Source of the DNA: a bacterium
Lineage (GTDB): Bacteria > UBA8248
Length of the DNA: 64,000 nucleotides
NCBI GenBank assembly: GCA_965204535.1
Contig: CBDBEV010000001.1
Location: 992,001 to 1,056,000, forward strand
Direction of reading: 5' to 3'
The notes beneath the pieces are model-generated. The model was not told where the DNA came from. It did no database searches and saw nothing but the letters and a program-made list of their open reading frames with translations. Numbering within the stretch: the stretch's first letter is position 1; each line of letters starts with the position of its first letter. This document shows positions 1 through 9,374 of this stretch, in pieces. The position numbers and the translations under genes were made by a program.

Positions 1-245
1 TGGAGCCCTTGTGGGTGCCCGAACTCGCCGACGCGAACGACTGGTACATGGTCGCCGACCCGGGCCTCATGGACACCATCGAGATCGGCTTCATGGACGA
101 CATGCGCGAGCCCGAGCTGTTCATCGAGGACAACCCCGCCGCCGGCAGCGGATTCAGCGCGGACAAGATTCGCTACAAGATCAGACACGTCTACGGCGGC
201 GCTGTCCTGGACTTTCGCGGCTTCTATCGCGGCGCGCCCGAGTAG
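1..245 (+). CDS. Phage major capsid protein, C-terminal part (Mu gpT-like / protease-capsid fusion family); 5' truncated by window edge
   Basis: C-terminal motif WYMVADP..DTIEIGF....PELF...GF..D..RYKIRH.YG..VLDFRGFY is typical of this capsid family; followed by phage neck and tail genes. Confidence 0.75.
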   Translation, partial: EPLWVPELADANDWYMVADPGLMDTIEIGFMDDMREPELFIEDNPAAGSGFSADKIRYKIRHVYGGAVLDFRGFYRGAPE

Positions 246-277
246 TCGCGCGGCGTTTGCCCTTCAGAGGAGAAGCC

Positions 278-619
278 ATGTCCGACAGGCGAACCCACAC
301 CATCGTTCTCGCTCCTTCTGCGGCCCGCGTCGCCGCAGGAGGCAGCACGGCGTTCGAGGTGAGCCGCTTCACCGAGGCGCTCTTGTTCATCGACGTGACG
401 GCGGTATCGGGCGTCGCGCCGGTGCTCGATTTCGAAGTGCAGACCGGCCCGGCGGACGATGAAGCGGCTTTCGTCCATACCGAATCCGCGGAAATCACCT
501 CGGTTGGAAAAACCCTCGTCAAGCTCGCGAACATCGGCCCCTGGCTCAGGCTCGCATGGTCTGTGGGCGGGGAGGGGGCTTCGTTCACGTTCGAGGCCAA
601 GCTCACGCTGAAGACTTGA
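278..619 (+). CDS. Putative phage head decoration / virion beta-sandwich protein (113 aa)
   Basis: AGAGGAGA RBS before ATG 278; beta-rich sequence; directly after capsid gene. Confidence 0.5.
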   Translation: MSDRRTHTIVLAPSAARVAAGGSTAFEVSRFTEALLFIDVTAVSGVAPVLDFEVQTGPADDEAAFVHTESAEITSVGKTLVKLANIGPWLRLAWSVGGEGASFTFEAKLTLKT

Positions 620-662
620 GACCACCCGCATCGGGTGAGCGAGGCAAAGGAGAAATGGAGAA

Positions 663-1373
663 ATGGCCAGCAGGCAGACGATCATCAAGGAGGTGAAGGT
701 CTTGTTGAAGGCGGGCGGGCTGCCCCGGGAGTTCGGTGTCGAGGAGGCGGATTTCGCCGATCTGGTGAACGCGGCGCTCACGCGCTACAGCAAGGACAGG
801 CCGCTCGTCTCGTTCGCCGATTATGCGGGTGACAGCGAGACGTTCGATTTTCCCCTGCCGGAAGACTGGGACGATTCCCTCTCCTTCATCCGGGCGGTGG
901 AATATCCCCAGGGGGAGAGAAAGCCCTCCTACCTGCGGAGGAGCGCCTGGATCATCTACGCGAAAGGAACCCCGGCGGCGAAGTTCAGGCTCATGTACTT
1001 CGTCCCTCAAATGGGCCACACGCTTCGCCTGTTCTACACGCTGGGGCACACGGCCGATGATGCGCGCACGAGCGTTCCCGAAAACGATCTGGCCGCCGTG
1101 GCCTGGCTGGCCGCCGCAGAAGGCTGTCACCTTCTGGCCCGCCGCTTCGCCCAGTCCTCGAACCCGACCCTCTCGGCGGATTCAGTGGACTACCAGAGCA
1201 AGTCATCGGAATACACGCGCCTGGGAAGAGAACTGGAGCGCAAATACCAGAACCATCTCGGCCGCAAAGAGGGCGAGGTGGCAGGTCCGGCGGGCGCGTC
1301 TCTCGATTGGGACGCGCTCCTCTCCCTGGCGCGCGGCGAGTACTTCACGCACGGCGCGTCCAAGGACCGCTAG
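663..1373 (+). CDS. Putative phage head-tail adaptor/connector protein
   Basis: 236 aa, GGAGA RBS; position after head genes; helical N- and C-termini around a beta insertion. Confidence 0.5.
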   Translation: MASRQTIIKEVKVLLKAGGLPREFGVEEADFADLVNAALTRYSKDRPLVSFADYAGDSETFDFPLPEDWDDSLSFIRAVEYPQGERKPSYLRRSAWIIYAKGTPAAKFRLMYFVPQMGHTLRLFYTLGHTADDARTSVPENDLAAVAWLAAAEGCHLLARRFAQSSNPTLSADSVDYQSKSSEYTRLGRELERKYQNHLGRKEGEVAGPAGASLDWDALLSLARGEYFTHGASKDR

Positions 1374-1391
1374 GCCGGGAGGGGCGTTAAG

Positions 1392-1901
1392 GTGCGTCGT
1401 CGATATACAACGCTCGAAACCCTTGTGGAGGCGCCGCCGATCGCGCGGGAGGAGGTGGAGGTTTTCCGCCTCGCGCGCGAGGCGATGGCCGAAATCACCG
1501 GAATGCTCAGGCGTGAGGTCATGGCGCGAACGCCCGTCGGCGCGAGCGGGAACCTGCGGGGGAGCATTTTCACCGAAATCAAAGGAGCGAATCCAGGCGC
1601 GTTGCGCGGCGTGATCGCCTCGCGCGCCCCATACGCCGGGTACGTGGAATTCGGACGCCGGCCGGGCGGCGCGATGCCGCCCTGGCGGGAGGGTTCCCCC
1701 CTGTACCGGTGGGTGGTCCGTAATCTGGGGCCGCCCGATGGGTCTATCGAGAGGGTGTCCTTCCTCGTCGCCCGCGCAATCGCCCGGCGCGGGACGCGGG
1801 GACGCCGCATGTTCGCGCGCGCCTTTGAGGAAAACCAGGGCCGAATCGATAAGCGCATTCGTGAACTGATGGACGAGATTGCGAGGAGAGTCGGTGGCTA
1901 A
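1392..1901 (+). CDS. HK97 gp10-like phage neck / tail completion protein
   Basis: Motifs RTPVGASGNLRGSI, APYAGYVEFGRRPG, ARAIARRGTRGRRMF. Confidence 0.75.
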   Translation: MRRRYTTLETLVEAPPIAREEVEVFRLAREAMAEITGMLRREVMARTPVGASGNLRGSIFTEIKGANPGALRGVIASRAPYAGYVEFGRRPGGAMPPWREGSPLYRWVVRNLGPPDGSIERVSFLVARAIARRGTRGRRMFARAFEENQGRIDKRIRELMDEIARRVGG

Positions 1902-2427
1902 ATCACGATACAGGGAAATCGGCGACGCCATTTTGGCGGAAATATCGAGCGTACCGGAGGCAGGGCGGGTGCACGCTTATCAGCGCTGGGCGGCCGACTT
2001 GGGGAAATACCTGGAGCTCTTCCGGTGGCAGGCGGGCGGCGGCCTCGCCCAAATCAGGGGCTGGGTGCTGACGCGCGAGAGAGCAGGCGAAGAGGCCGCA
2101 TCGCTCGGCTCGAACGCGTCCGGCGGCTTCACGCCCGCAGGCCTCAGCAGGCGAACCCACACGTTCTTGCTGTTCGGAATCATGAGCGCCGAGGACGCGG
2201 CGGGCAGCGAGGCGGCCTTTCAGGATCTGATCGAGGAGATTTGCGATCGCTTCCGGGACGAGGGGGCGCTCCGCCTTCTCGATGAATCAGGCGCCCCGCG
2301 CGTCCGCTCCCTGGAGCGCCTTCAGCCTCCGCAGGTGGACCTCATCGAACTGAGAACATTCGGAAACGTGCTTTGCCATTACGCCGAGATCAGGCTCCGG
2401 GCGATAGAGCGGATTCGGCGGGATTGA
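1894..2427 (+). CDS. Putative phage tail terminator protein
   Basis: GTG start after GAGGAG, overlapping previous stop; lies between gp10-like and tail tube genes. Confidence 0.5.
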   Translation: MAKSRYREIGDAILAEISSVPEAGRVHAYQRWAADLGKYLELFRWQAGGGLAQIRGWVLTRERAGEEAASLGSNASGGFTPAGLSRRTHTFLLFGIMSAEDAAGSEAAFQDLIEEICDRFRDEGALRLLDESGAPRVRSLERLQPPQVDLIELRTFGNVLCHYAEIRLRAIERIRRD

Positions 2428-3207
2428 TTCGAGACTAGGAATAATATCCGGCGAGGGATGCCCCTTCGCCCCTAAAAACAGAAGGAGGAGAACAGGGGAT
2501 GGGCGATACGATTTTGATGGATCGGCAGACTATCGGCGCGACGGAAGAGAGGGAACTGGTGGCGGACTCCGCAGACGCCTCCACCCTGGTGGACGCCGCG
2601 CTCTCAGAGGATGATGATTTCTGGAACGGCTCGGTGCTGCGCACGATTCGGGGAATGGGCGTCGGCCAAAGAAGAAAGGTGAGCGGTTTCGACGCGGCCT
2701 CGGAGACGCTCACGGTGGACGACGCCTGGGACGCGGCGCCCGCTGCGGGAACGGCCTATCTTCTGGACCGGCCCGCCGGGGCTTCCGAACTGTTCCGGGC
2801 GGGCAACTTCTCCCACGAGATCAGCGTGGAGCAGCTGGAGCGCGCGGTGAAGGATGCGAGCCTCTCGCCCTTCCCGTCGATTCCGGGGAAACGCTCCGCG
2901 CAGATCTCCTTTACCACCGAGTTACGCGGCTCAGGCGCAGCGGGCGTCGCACCGGATTACGGATTGCTGTTCAAGGCCTGCGCCATGAAGGAAACCATCG
3001 TCGAGGACGCTTCCGTCACTTATGCGCCCGTTTCCGATAAATCGGGCTATACGAGAATCTGCCTGACGGCGTTCATAGACGGCTTACAAGTCATGTATCT
3101 GGGCTGCATGGGGAGTTTTTCCATCAACTGCCCTCTGGACGGCGTTCCCACGGTGGATTGGGAGTTCGAGGCGGCCGATTTCGAGGTGAGCGACGCGCCG
3201 GTCCCTG

Positions 3208-4989
3208 GAGACTGTGAAAGTATTCCCACGATTCTGGTGGGTGACGCTGGCGAGCGATGCCCGGGTTGTCTGTACATGCTATCTTTACCGGTGAGTGAGA
3301 TAACCACATAAAGGGTCACCACCATGTCCGAGAGACGTTATCAGGAGGTGCAGTCCCGAAGCCAGATGATGCTGCTTCCGCCGTGTCTGGACGACTACGT
3401 GTCCGAGCACAATGCGGTGCGCGCGATCGATGCGTTCGTCGGCACGCTGGACCTGGAGGCGCTGGGGTTCGCGCATGCCGAAGCGAACTGCGGCGCCGGT
3501 CAGCCGGCTTTCGACCCGGCGCTGCTGCTGAAGCTGTATCTGTACGGCTACCAGCACCGGGTACGGAGTTCGCGCCGTCTCGAAGCGGAGACGCGGCGCA
3601 ATCTGGAAGTGATCTGGCTGTGCCAGGGTGCGACGCCGAGCTACAAGACGATTGCGGATTTTCGCAAGAACAATGTGGCTGCGCTGCAGGAGGCCAACCG
3701 GGAGTTCGTGCTGCTGTGCCGCGAACTCTCGCTGCTGGGCGGCAGCCGGGTGGCGGTCGACGGGACTTTTTTGAAGGCCGATGCGAACCTGGACAGCTTC
3801 CAAACCAAGCGGTCCCTGGCAAGGGACCTGAGGCGTTTGGAGAAGAGGATTGCGGCGTATCACCGGCAGTTGGACGAGGCGGATGCGCGCGGGGAGGAGT
3901 GTGGGGACGGTTCGGAGGATCCGGACCTGCCGGTGAAGCTCAAGGCCTTGATCGAGAGGCAACAAAAGAAGAAGGCACTGCAAGAGCATTTGCAGGAAAG
4001 CGGAGAGCGTCAGGTATCGGGGGTCGATGCAGATGCTCGACTTCTGAGGAACGGCGATATAATGGTGGGCGGATACAACTGCCAGATCGCGGTGGACGAC
4101 AAGCACAAGCTGATTGTCGCGGAGGATGTGGTGCAGGACGGCAATGACTCCGCTCAGTTGGAGCCGATGATGACGAAAGCCGGCGAAGCCATGGGCAGCG
4201 AACGCCTGGTCGGCCTGGCGGATTCGGGCTACTTCAACGGCGCACAGTTGAAGAGTTGCGAAGACAAGGGAATGGAGGTGTATGTTCCGATACCGAACCA
4301 GACGGCCCGCAAGGGCAAGGACGGACGATTCGGCAGCGATGAATTCCGTTACGATGCGCAGGATGACACGTATGTCTGTCCGGCCGGAGAGCGTCTGGTT
4401 CGAGGCGGCACGACCACCGTCAGGGGCAGGCTGTATTACTTTTATCGCGGGACGGCGGCGGTTTGCCGGGACTGTTCGTTGTCGGGCCGATGCCTGACAA
4501 AGTCGAGATCGACGCGCAGGATACAACGCTGGGAGCATGAGGACGTGGTGGACCGGCATCGCAAGAAGATGAACGCCCGTGTGCCATTGATGCGCGGGCG
4601 AAGCACACTCGTCGAACATCCATTCGGTACGATCAAGCGCTGGGCGGGGATGGATCATTTTGTGATGCGCGGACTCGGCAAATGCCGCGGCGAATTCAGC
4701 CTGATGACGCTGGGTTACAACTTCAAGCGGGTCATGCGTGTGCTGGGCGGAGCTGCATTTGTGGAGCATTGTCTGCAAAAACAGCGGTTGGGGACGAATG
4801 GCGTGTGAACTTGAAGCCGATTCTTCGAGGACTTGACCGCGACCCCGAGCTGACCGGCCGCCGAGACGTTTCTCTCCCGGCTCTGCGGTGTTGTTGCTCC
4901 CGAAGTTGAAGACAGTGTCCGGCCATCGGGCTGCAAGCGTAAGCGAGCCCTGTTCCGGAGACTGTGAAATCCAATACTCTCACAGTCTC
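3208..4989 (+). mobile_element. IS1182-family insertion sequence with 17-bp terminal IRs and 6-bp TSD TCCCTG
   Basis: Left end GAGACTGTGAAAGTATT (3208); right end reverse complement GAGACTGTGAGAGTATT (ends 4989); TCCCTG at 3202-3207 and 4990-4995. Confidence 0.92.
3324..4808 (+). CDS. IS1182-family DDE transposase
   Basis: LLKLYLYGY...SSRRLE, VAVDGT, LADSGY, YVCPAG, C..C....C and VEHPFGTIK motifs. Confidence 0.95.
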   Translation: MSERRYQEVQSRSQMMLLPPCLDDYVSEHNAVRAIDAFVGTLDLEALGFAHAEANCGAGQPAFDPALLLKLYLYGYQHRVRSSRRLEAETRRNLEVIWLCQGATPSYKTIADFRKNNVAALQEANREFVLLCRELSLLGGSRVAVDGTFLKADANLDSFQTKRSLARDLRRLEKRIAAYHRQLDEADARGEECGDGSEDPDLPVKLKALIERQQKKKALQEHLQESGERQVSGVDADARLLRNGDIMVGGYNCQIAVDDKHKLIVAEDVVQDGNDSAQLEPMMTKAGEAMGSERLVGLADSGYFNGAQLKSCEDKGMEVYVPIPNQTARKGKDGRFGSDEFRYDAQDDTYVCPAGERLVRGGTTTVRGRLYYFYRGTAAVCRDCSLSGRCLTKSRSTRRIQRWEHEDVVDRHRKKMNARVPLMRGRSTLVEHPFGTIKRWAGMDHFVMRGLGKCRGEFSLMTLGYNFKRVMRVLGGAAFVEHCLQKQRLGTNGV

Positions 4990-5439
4990 TCCCTGACGGC
5001 GCGTCCTACGATGCGCAGACGCCCGAACCCGTCCTCATGAGCGGTTTTTCGTTCGGAGGCTTCCATTTCGACGTGGCGAACATCCGCTTTGCCATGAACA
5101 ACGAGGTGGTCTTGCGCCAAAGCGCCAACGCATCGGGCGGACACGTGAACGCCATGGTGACGGGACGGGCGCCCTCGGGCTCTTTCGACCCCGAGGCCGT
5201 GCTCAAAGCCACCGAAGACGTGTTCCAGGATTGGGAAGATGGCGCGCGGCTCCCTCTGAAAGTGCAGATCGGCCACAGGGCCGGGAACATCTGCACCATC
5301 ACCGCACCCAAATGCCAGTACGCGGATGTGGGCTTCGCGGATCGCGACGGCCTGCTGACTTATGATGCGCCCTTCCGCCTGGCCCGCGATGCGGGCGATG
5401 ACGAGATAGCCATCGTCTTCACCTAGTCTCCGCCCATAA

Positions 5440-5510
5440 GGGTGGTTGAAAAAGCCCCCCTTAACAGGGGGGAAAAGGCGGAGCCCCCGGCGAGGGGTTT
5501 TTCAACAGCC
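5440..5510. mobile_element. Minimal MITE-like element with IS1182-like ends enclosing a CCCCCC-TTAACA-GGGGGG palindrome
   Basis: GGGTGGTTGAAAAA...TTTTTCAACAGCC ends resemble the IR of the IS at 18354-19869. Confidence 0.6.
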
Positions 5511-5577
5511 GCCAATAAAGGCGGATTCTTCTTCACCTTAGTCAAGTCTCATTCAGCGAAAACGAACGGGAGGAATC

Positions 5578-5970
5578 GTGGAAATATCAGAATACAGAAA
5601 CCATGGACGCAAGCCCATCACCCTGCCTTCGGGGCTCAAGGGTTTCGTGCGCGCGCCGAATCTCCTGGACATGGCGGCGTATCCGAAGCTGTTCGCAGGG
5701 GCCGCTAACGGCGCTGCGGGCGAGGAGGAGCAATACGCGCTTACGGGGGAGTGGGTGCACTGCATCCTGAGGCGCTGTTTCGTACCCGAGCGCGGCTCGA
5801 TGACGGATAAGGAACCGGGCCGATGCCTGCCGGATGAACTGAGCATCCATGAACTCGCACCGGCGGACGCCGACGCCATCTTCACCGCGGTCACGTCGCT
5901 TCAGAACGAGGCGGCGGCCCCTGTCCCCGGGGAGGGTGCGCCGGAAGGCGATGCGTTTCCGGCGGCGTAG
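5578..5970 (+). CDS. Phage tail assembly chaperone
   Basis: GGGAGG RBS with GTG start; 130 aa after tail tube; ITLPSGL..VRAPNLLDM motif. Confidence 0.7.
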   Translation: MEISEYRNHGRKPITLPSGLKGFVRAPNLLDMAAYPKLFAGAANGAAGEEEQYALTGEWVHCILRRCFVPERGSMTDKEPGRCLPDELSIHELAPADADAIFTAVTSLQNEAAAPVPGEGAPEGDAFPAA

Positions 5971-5980
5971 AAAGGAACTG

Positions 5981-6157
5981 ATGGCGGTCATTCATTTTCA
6001 GGCGAAGACCTATGGCCTCCCCCCACACCTTCTGGCGCGTTGCTCCTGGGAGGAGTTTCGCTTCAACCAGGAGGCGCTCGAAGCCGGCCTGGCCCTGGAG
6101 CGGATGGGCCGGCGGGAGCCGGGGAAAAGCACGAACCTCAGGCGATTCAAAAGCTAG
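5981..6157 (+). CDS. Second tail assembly chaperone segment (possibly expressed by frameshift from 5578 ORF)
   Basis: AKTYGLPPHLL...FRFN..ALEAG motif; frame open from 5849, overlapping the upstream chaperone. Confidence 0.55.
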   Translation: MAVIHFQAKTYGLPPHLLARCSWEEFRFNQEALEAGLALERMGRREPGKSTNLRRFKS

Positions 6158-6348
6158 AGAGCCGGTTCTCCTGGTTCTTCCGCCTCTTCCTCGTCCAGAT
6201 GGCGGCAATCTTCGCATGAACGGGGATATCCAGGGTATTCCAATTCTTCCCCCGCCATCCTGGCGCTCACGAAGTCTTCCATCCAGCAGAAGCAATGCTG
6301 GCACATCAGCTCATTCAGGATATCGTCAGCTACTTGTCCCGTATTCAA
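6154..6348 (-). CDS. Small CxxC...CxxC zinc-finger-like protein, phage-like
   Basis: GQVADDILNELMCQHC...GYPRSCEDC; GGGAGGA RBS; probable start at ACG 6342. Confidence 0.55.
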   Translation of the reverse strand: MNTGQVADDILNELMCQHCFCWMEDFVSARMAGEELEYPGYPRSCEDCRHLDEEEAEEPGEPAL

Positions 6349-6409
6349 TCCTCCCTTTTCTTCGGGCGCGCGGCGCTTCCATATTCGGCTTTCAGCTTCA
6401 GCGTTTTCA

Positions 6410-7366
6410 TCATTCCCCCTTCGGGGCGCCCGGCAATCCTTTCAGCCCAAAAGCGTCCCAAACTTCAAAAGCGCCCAGCATGCGGCTGGTCGAATGGCCC
6501 ACTTTAAGCGCAACTACAAACTTCCAGTTGAAATCCCATCCGTTTTTCCTCGTCAGCGCCCGCGCGGCATAAAACACATTCTCGCCGCGAACGAAGCGGT
6601 TCATCCCCTGCCGGACGGCTGCCGCCTTGCGACTGAGGAAGCGCGATCCGACATCTTCTGATCCGATGTAGATGGTCACTGGCAGGCTTAGATATCGCTT
6701 GAGCGAGGGAGTTGCTTTCTTCGGAAACCATCCGGGAAATCCGCCGAAGCCGTAGGGGATGGCCTCATCGAGCGATGGCCAGACGTGGCTTGATGGATTT
6801 GCGATGACGAACCTGCGGATGCCCTTTGGCGGCGCATAGGCGGCGACGCGGGAGAGAAACTGCGCTCCGGCGGAATGGCCAAACAAAAAGACGGGCATCG
6901 CTTCGCCGCCTTCCCGCGCAAGCGCCCATTTCACCAAGTCGGCCACAAGGGAAACCGTCCAGTCATCGGGCGACTGCGGAATCTGATGGCGGGCAATGCC
7001 GCCCCACTGATATTGCCAAGTTCTGAAGCGCTCACGATCAAAGCGCGGCGCAAAAACGATCATACAGACCCGGCTGGCAAAGGGCCGCGCCCAGTTGCGA
7101 TAGTCAACGGCATTTCGATTCATCCCGTGAAAGATGAAAAGCAAGCCTTGGGGCTTGCATCCTTCTGGCCGATGCGTGAAGACCGCCAGTCGAATCCCGC
7201 GCAGCGCGACCGTCGACTCGTCATCGCCGGGGAATGCCGGGTTTTGCGCTTTCTCATGCATTGTCATCGGGCTGCTGGGAATGCCTGCCGTATCCCCGCC
7301 GCAACCCCAGAAAGCGAATGCAAAAACGAGCATGGATGCGAATGCCTTCAGCCGTAGATTTTGCAA
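6410..7366 (-). CDS. Alpha/beta hydrolase, probable lipoprotein
   Basis: FHG oxyanion motif, GHSAG nucleophile, VGH catalytic His; TTG start gives a signal ending FWGC. Confidence 0.75.
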   Translation of the reverse strand: MQNLRLKAFASMLVFAFAFWGCGGDTAGIPSSPMTMHEKAQNPAFPGDDESTVALRGIRLAVFTHRPEGCKPQGLLFIFHGMNRNAVDYRNWARPFASRVCMIVFAPRFDRERFRTWQYQWGGIARHQIPQSPDDWTVSLVADLVKWALAREGGEAMPVFLFGHSAGAQFLSRVAAYAPPKGIRRFVIANPSSHVWPSLDEAIPYGFGGFPGWFPKKATPSLKRYLSLPVTIYIGSEDVGSRFLSRKAAAVRQGMNRFVRGENVFYAARALTRKNGWDFNWKFVVALKVGHSTSRMLGAFEVWDAFGLKGLPGAPKGE

Positions 7367-7545
7367 TTTACTTCCCCCTGGTTTTCGTGCGCTTCGAATC
7401 GCTTCAGCTGCTCGCGCAGCAGCCGCTTCACGTCGTCGCGTTGGATGCTCGAAATATAATTGCATCGCCCTTCCTTGCCGAAGGTCGTCACGCTTATCAG
7501 GCGCTTGATGTTTCCCCGGGGAAGAGGGCGGTTCCAGCCCGTGTT

Positions 7546-7878
7546 TTATTTATCCCATTGAAAATCCGGGTTCGGCGGCGAGAACATATCGATGTACTCC
7601 GCTTCCTCAAGAACTTCCCCGCCGTGCGAGGTTCCCGCCGGAAAGATCATGACATCCCCTGCTTCTACGACTTTATAATCCTCGTCTCCCGAGTGGAACT
7701 TCAGCTTCCCGCGAATCATGTGCGTTATCTGGTCGAACTCGTGGGTGTGCGTTTTGATGGGGCTTCCGGTCTTTGCCGTGATCCGGCACGCCATCACGTT
7801 GTCCGTCTTGACGATTCTGCCCCGGATGATGTTGTTCAGTTGTCTTTCCTCGACGTCGTTCCAATGCAGTATGGCCAT
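7546..7878 (-). CDS. Cupin domain protein
   Basis: HTHEFDQ...G.LKF and GDVMIFPAGTSHG motifs. Confidence 0.9.
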   Translation of the reverse strand: MAILHWNDVEERQLNNIIRGRIVKTDNVMACRITAKTGSPIKTHTHEFDQITHMIRGKLKFHSGDEDYKVVEAGDVMIFPAGTSHGGEVLEEAEYIDMFSPPNPDFQWDK

Positions 7879-7908
7879 GGGCGCATCCTTATATGAAAGA
7901 TTGTGGTT

Positions 7909-8670
7909 TCATGGGCGAAACAAGTCTTCTTCTTTCGTGCGGTATAGCGTGCGCGCGGGGGTGTCTCCCGCATGATACTTGAGGCCGCGAATCAGGACGG
8001 CGGGAACGCCCTGCTTGTCCTGTCCCATCACTAGGCTCGCCGCCGCCGCGATTTCATCCGCATGGGCGAGGATGGTGATCTCGAGCGCGCGGCCGCTGCG
8101 GTCTTTCTCTCCGCGCAGGTCCACCAGGGGCTCCAGGCCGGCGCACCCTATCGCCACGCCGACGACGCCCCGCCGGAATGCGCGCCCCTGGGTGTCGGCG
8201 ATAAGGACGGGAACGAAGGCGTTCGCCGCGCTCTGGATTTCTTCATGAAGTTTCCGGGCGGAAGCGTCGGCGTCGCGGGGCAATAGCAGCACGTGGTCTT
8301 CATCCCCACCGACGTTTGAGCGATCGATACCTGCGTGAGCGCACACCGCACCCGTGCGGTGCTCCACGATGAGCGCGCGCTCAGACGCAACGACGATCTC
8401 GTTCGACTCCCTGAGCACCGCCTCCACGAGCCTCGGGTCGCGCCCGTCGCGGTTCGCGATATCAAGCGCTTCGGGGGATGGCTCGACGCTATTCAAATCC
8501 AGAACCCTGCCCTCGGCCTTGCTGACGATTTTTTGCGCGAGGACGAGGACGTCCCGATCCCGGATCTTCATGCCGCCTGCCTCAAGCGCTTCCAGAATCA
8601 GGGGCGCGAGGGCGTCGCCCTCCTTGATTTCCGGCAACCCGGTGACGGGGATGATTTCGACGTTGTTCAT
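7909..8670 (-). CDS. cofE: Coenzyme F420-0:L-glutamate ligase
   Basis: GLPEIKEGD, QKIVSKAEG, AGIDRSNV, LLLPRDADASA, DTQGRAFR, DEIAAAASL. Confidence 0.93.
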   Translation of the reverse strand: MNNVEIIPVTGLPEIKEGDALAPLILEALEAGGMKIRDRDVLVLAQKIVSKAEGRVLDLNSVEPSPEALDIANRDGRDPRLVEAVLRESNEIVVASERALIVEHRTGAVCAHAGIDRSNVGGDEDHVLLLPRDADASARKLHEEIQSAANAFVPVLIADTQGRAFRRGVVGVAIGCAGLEPLVDLRGEKDRSGRALEITILAHADEIAAAASLVMGQDKQGVPAVLIRGLKYHAGDTPARTLYRTKEEDLFRP

Positions 8671-9338
8671 CTCATGGGAGCGGAGGCGAGCCACGCGGGT
8701 GCTTCTTTTTCGCGGGAGAGCAGGAATTCGAGGTCCTCGGGCGAGTCGATATCGTGCGCGAATCCGAACGATTCACAGGATTGCGCCTCGCAGCCGTATT
8801 TCCTCGCTGCGGCGCGGTGCTTCTCGTAGCTCCGCTCGCCGAACGAGAAGGGAATCGCGTCAATCGGCCGGGTGAACAGCCCGGTCGTGCCCCCATCCTT
8901 CGAGCGGGCGATGCGCACCTCGCGCCCGGAATTTTTTGATGATTCGAGTCCCTGGAGAAGCTCATTCACTTCTTCCGTCGTCAAAAACGGCAAATCCCCG
9001 TGGACGATCAACAAGGAACGGGCGTTTCTCCCTCTCGCCCAGGAGCGGCCGATTTCCAGATCGTGGTTCAGGCCGCCTGATTCATGGAGCAAACCGACCG
9101 CGCCGTATTCACAGGCCAACGTCAGGACTTCCGCGGAATCGCTCAGCACCGCGATTTCATCGACGCGCTCCGCGGCCCCGACGACCTTCAGGACGCGTTC
9201 GAGCATCCAGCGGCCCAATTCGTTTCTGGCGTTCTCGTCCAGTGTCTGCGCGAGCCTCGATTTTCCGGTTCTGAAATCGCGAACCGGTATCAGGGCGACG
9301 CAATGGCTCGAAAGACTCATCATCCTTCCCAGGGTCAT
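8667..9338 (-). CDS. cofC: 2-phospho-L-lactate / PEP guanylyltransferase
   Basis: IPVRDF..GKSRL, GLN, HGDLP, DGGT, FSFGERSY.KH, DIDSPEDL. Confidence 0.92.
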   Translation of the reverse strand: MTLGRMMSLSSHCVALIPVRDFRTGKSRLAQTLDENARNELGRWMLERVLKVVGAAERVDEIAVLSDSAEVLTLACEYGAVGLLHESGGLNHDLEIGRSWARGRNARSLLIVHGDLPFLTTEEVNELLQGLESSKNSGREVRIARSKDGGTTGLFTRPIDAIPFSFGERSYEKHRAAARKYGCEAQSCESFGFAHDIDSPEDLEFLLSREKEAPAWLASAPMR

Positions 9339-9374
9339 GAAGAGATAAATTGTTTTGAGTATACCTGAAACTTC

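Larger units (their letters stand above)
2499..5426 (+). pseudogene. Phage tail tube protein interrupted by IS1182-family element (pieces 2499-3207 and 4996-5426)
   Basis: Removing 3208-4995 restores one frame (...SDAPVP|DGASYDAQTPEPVLMSG...), 379 aa; tail-tube motifs ISFTTELRGSG...PDYGLLFKAC and GNICTITAPKCQY......DRDG. Confidence 0.85.
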
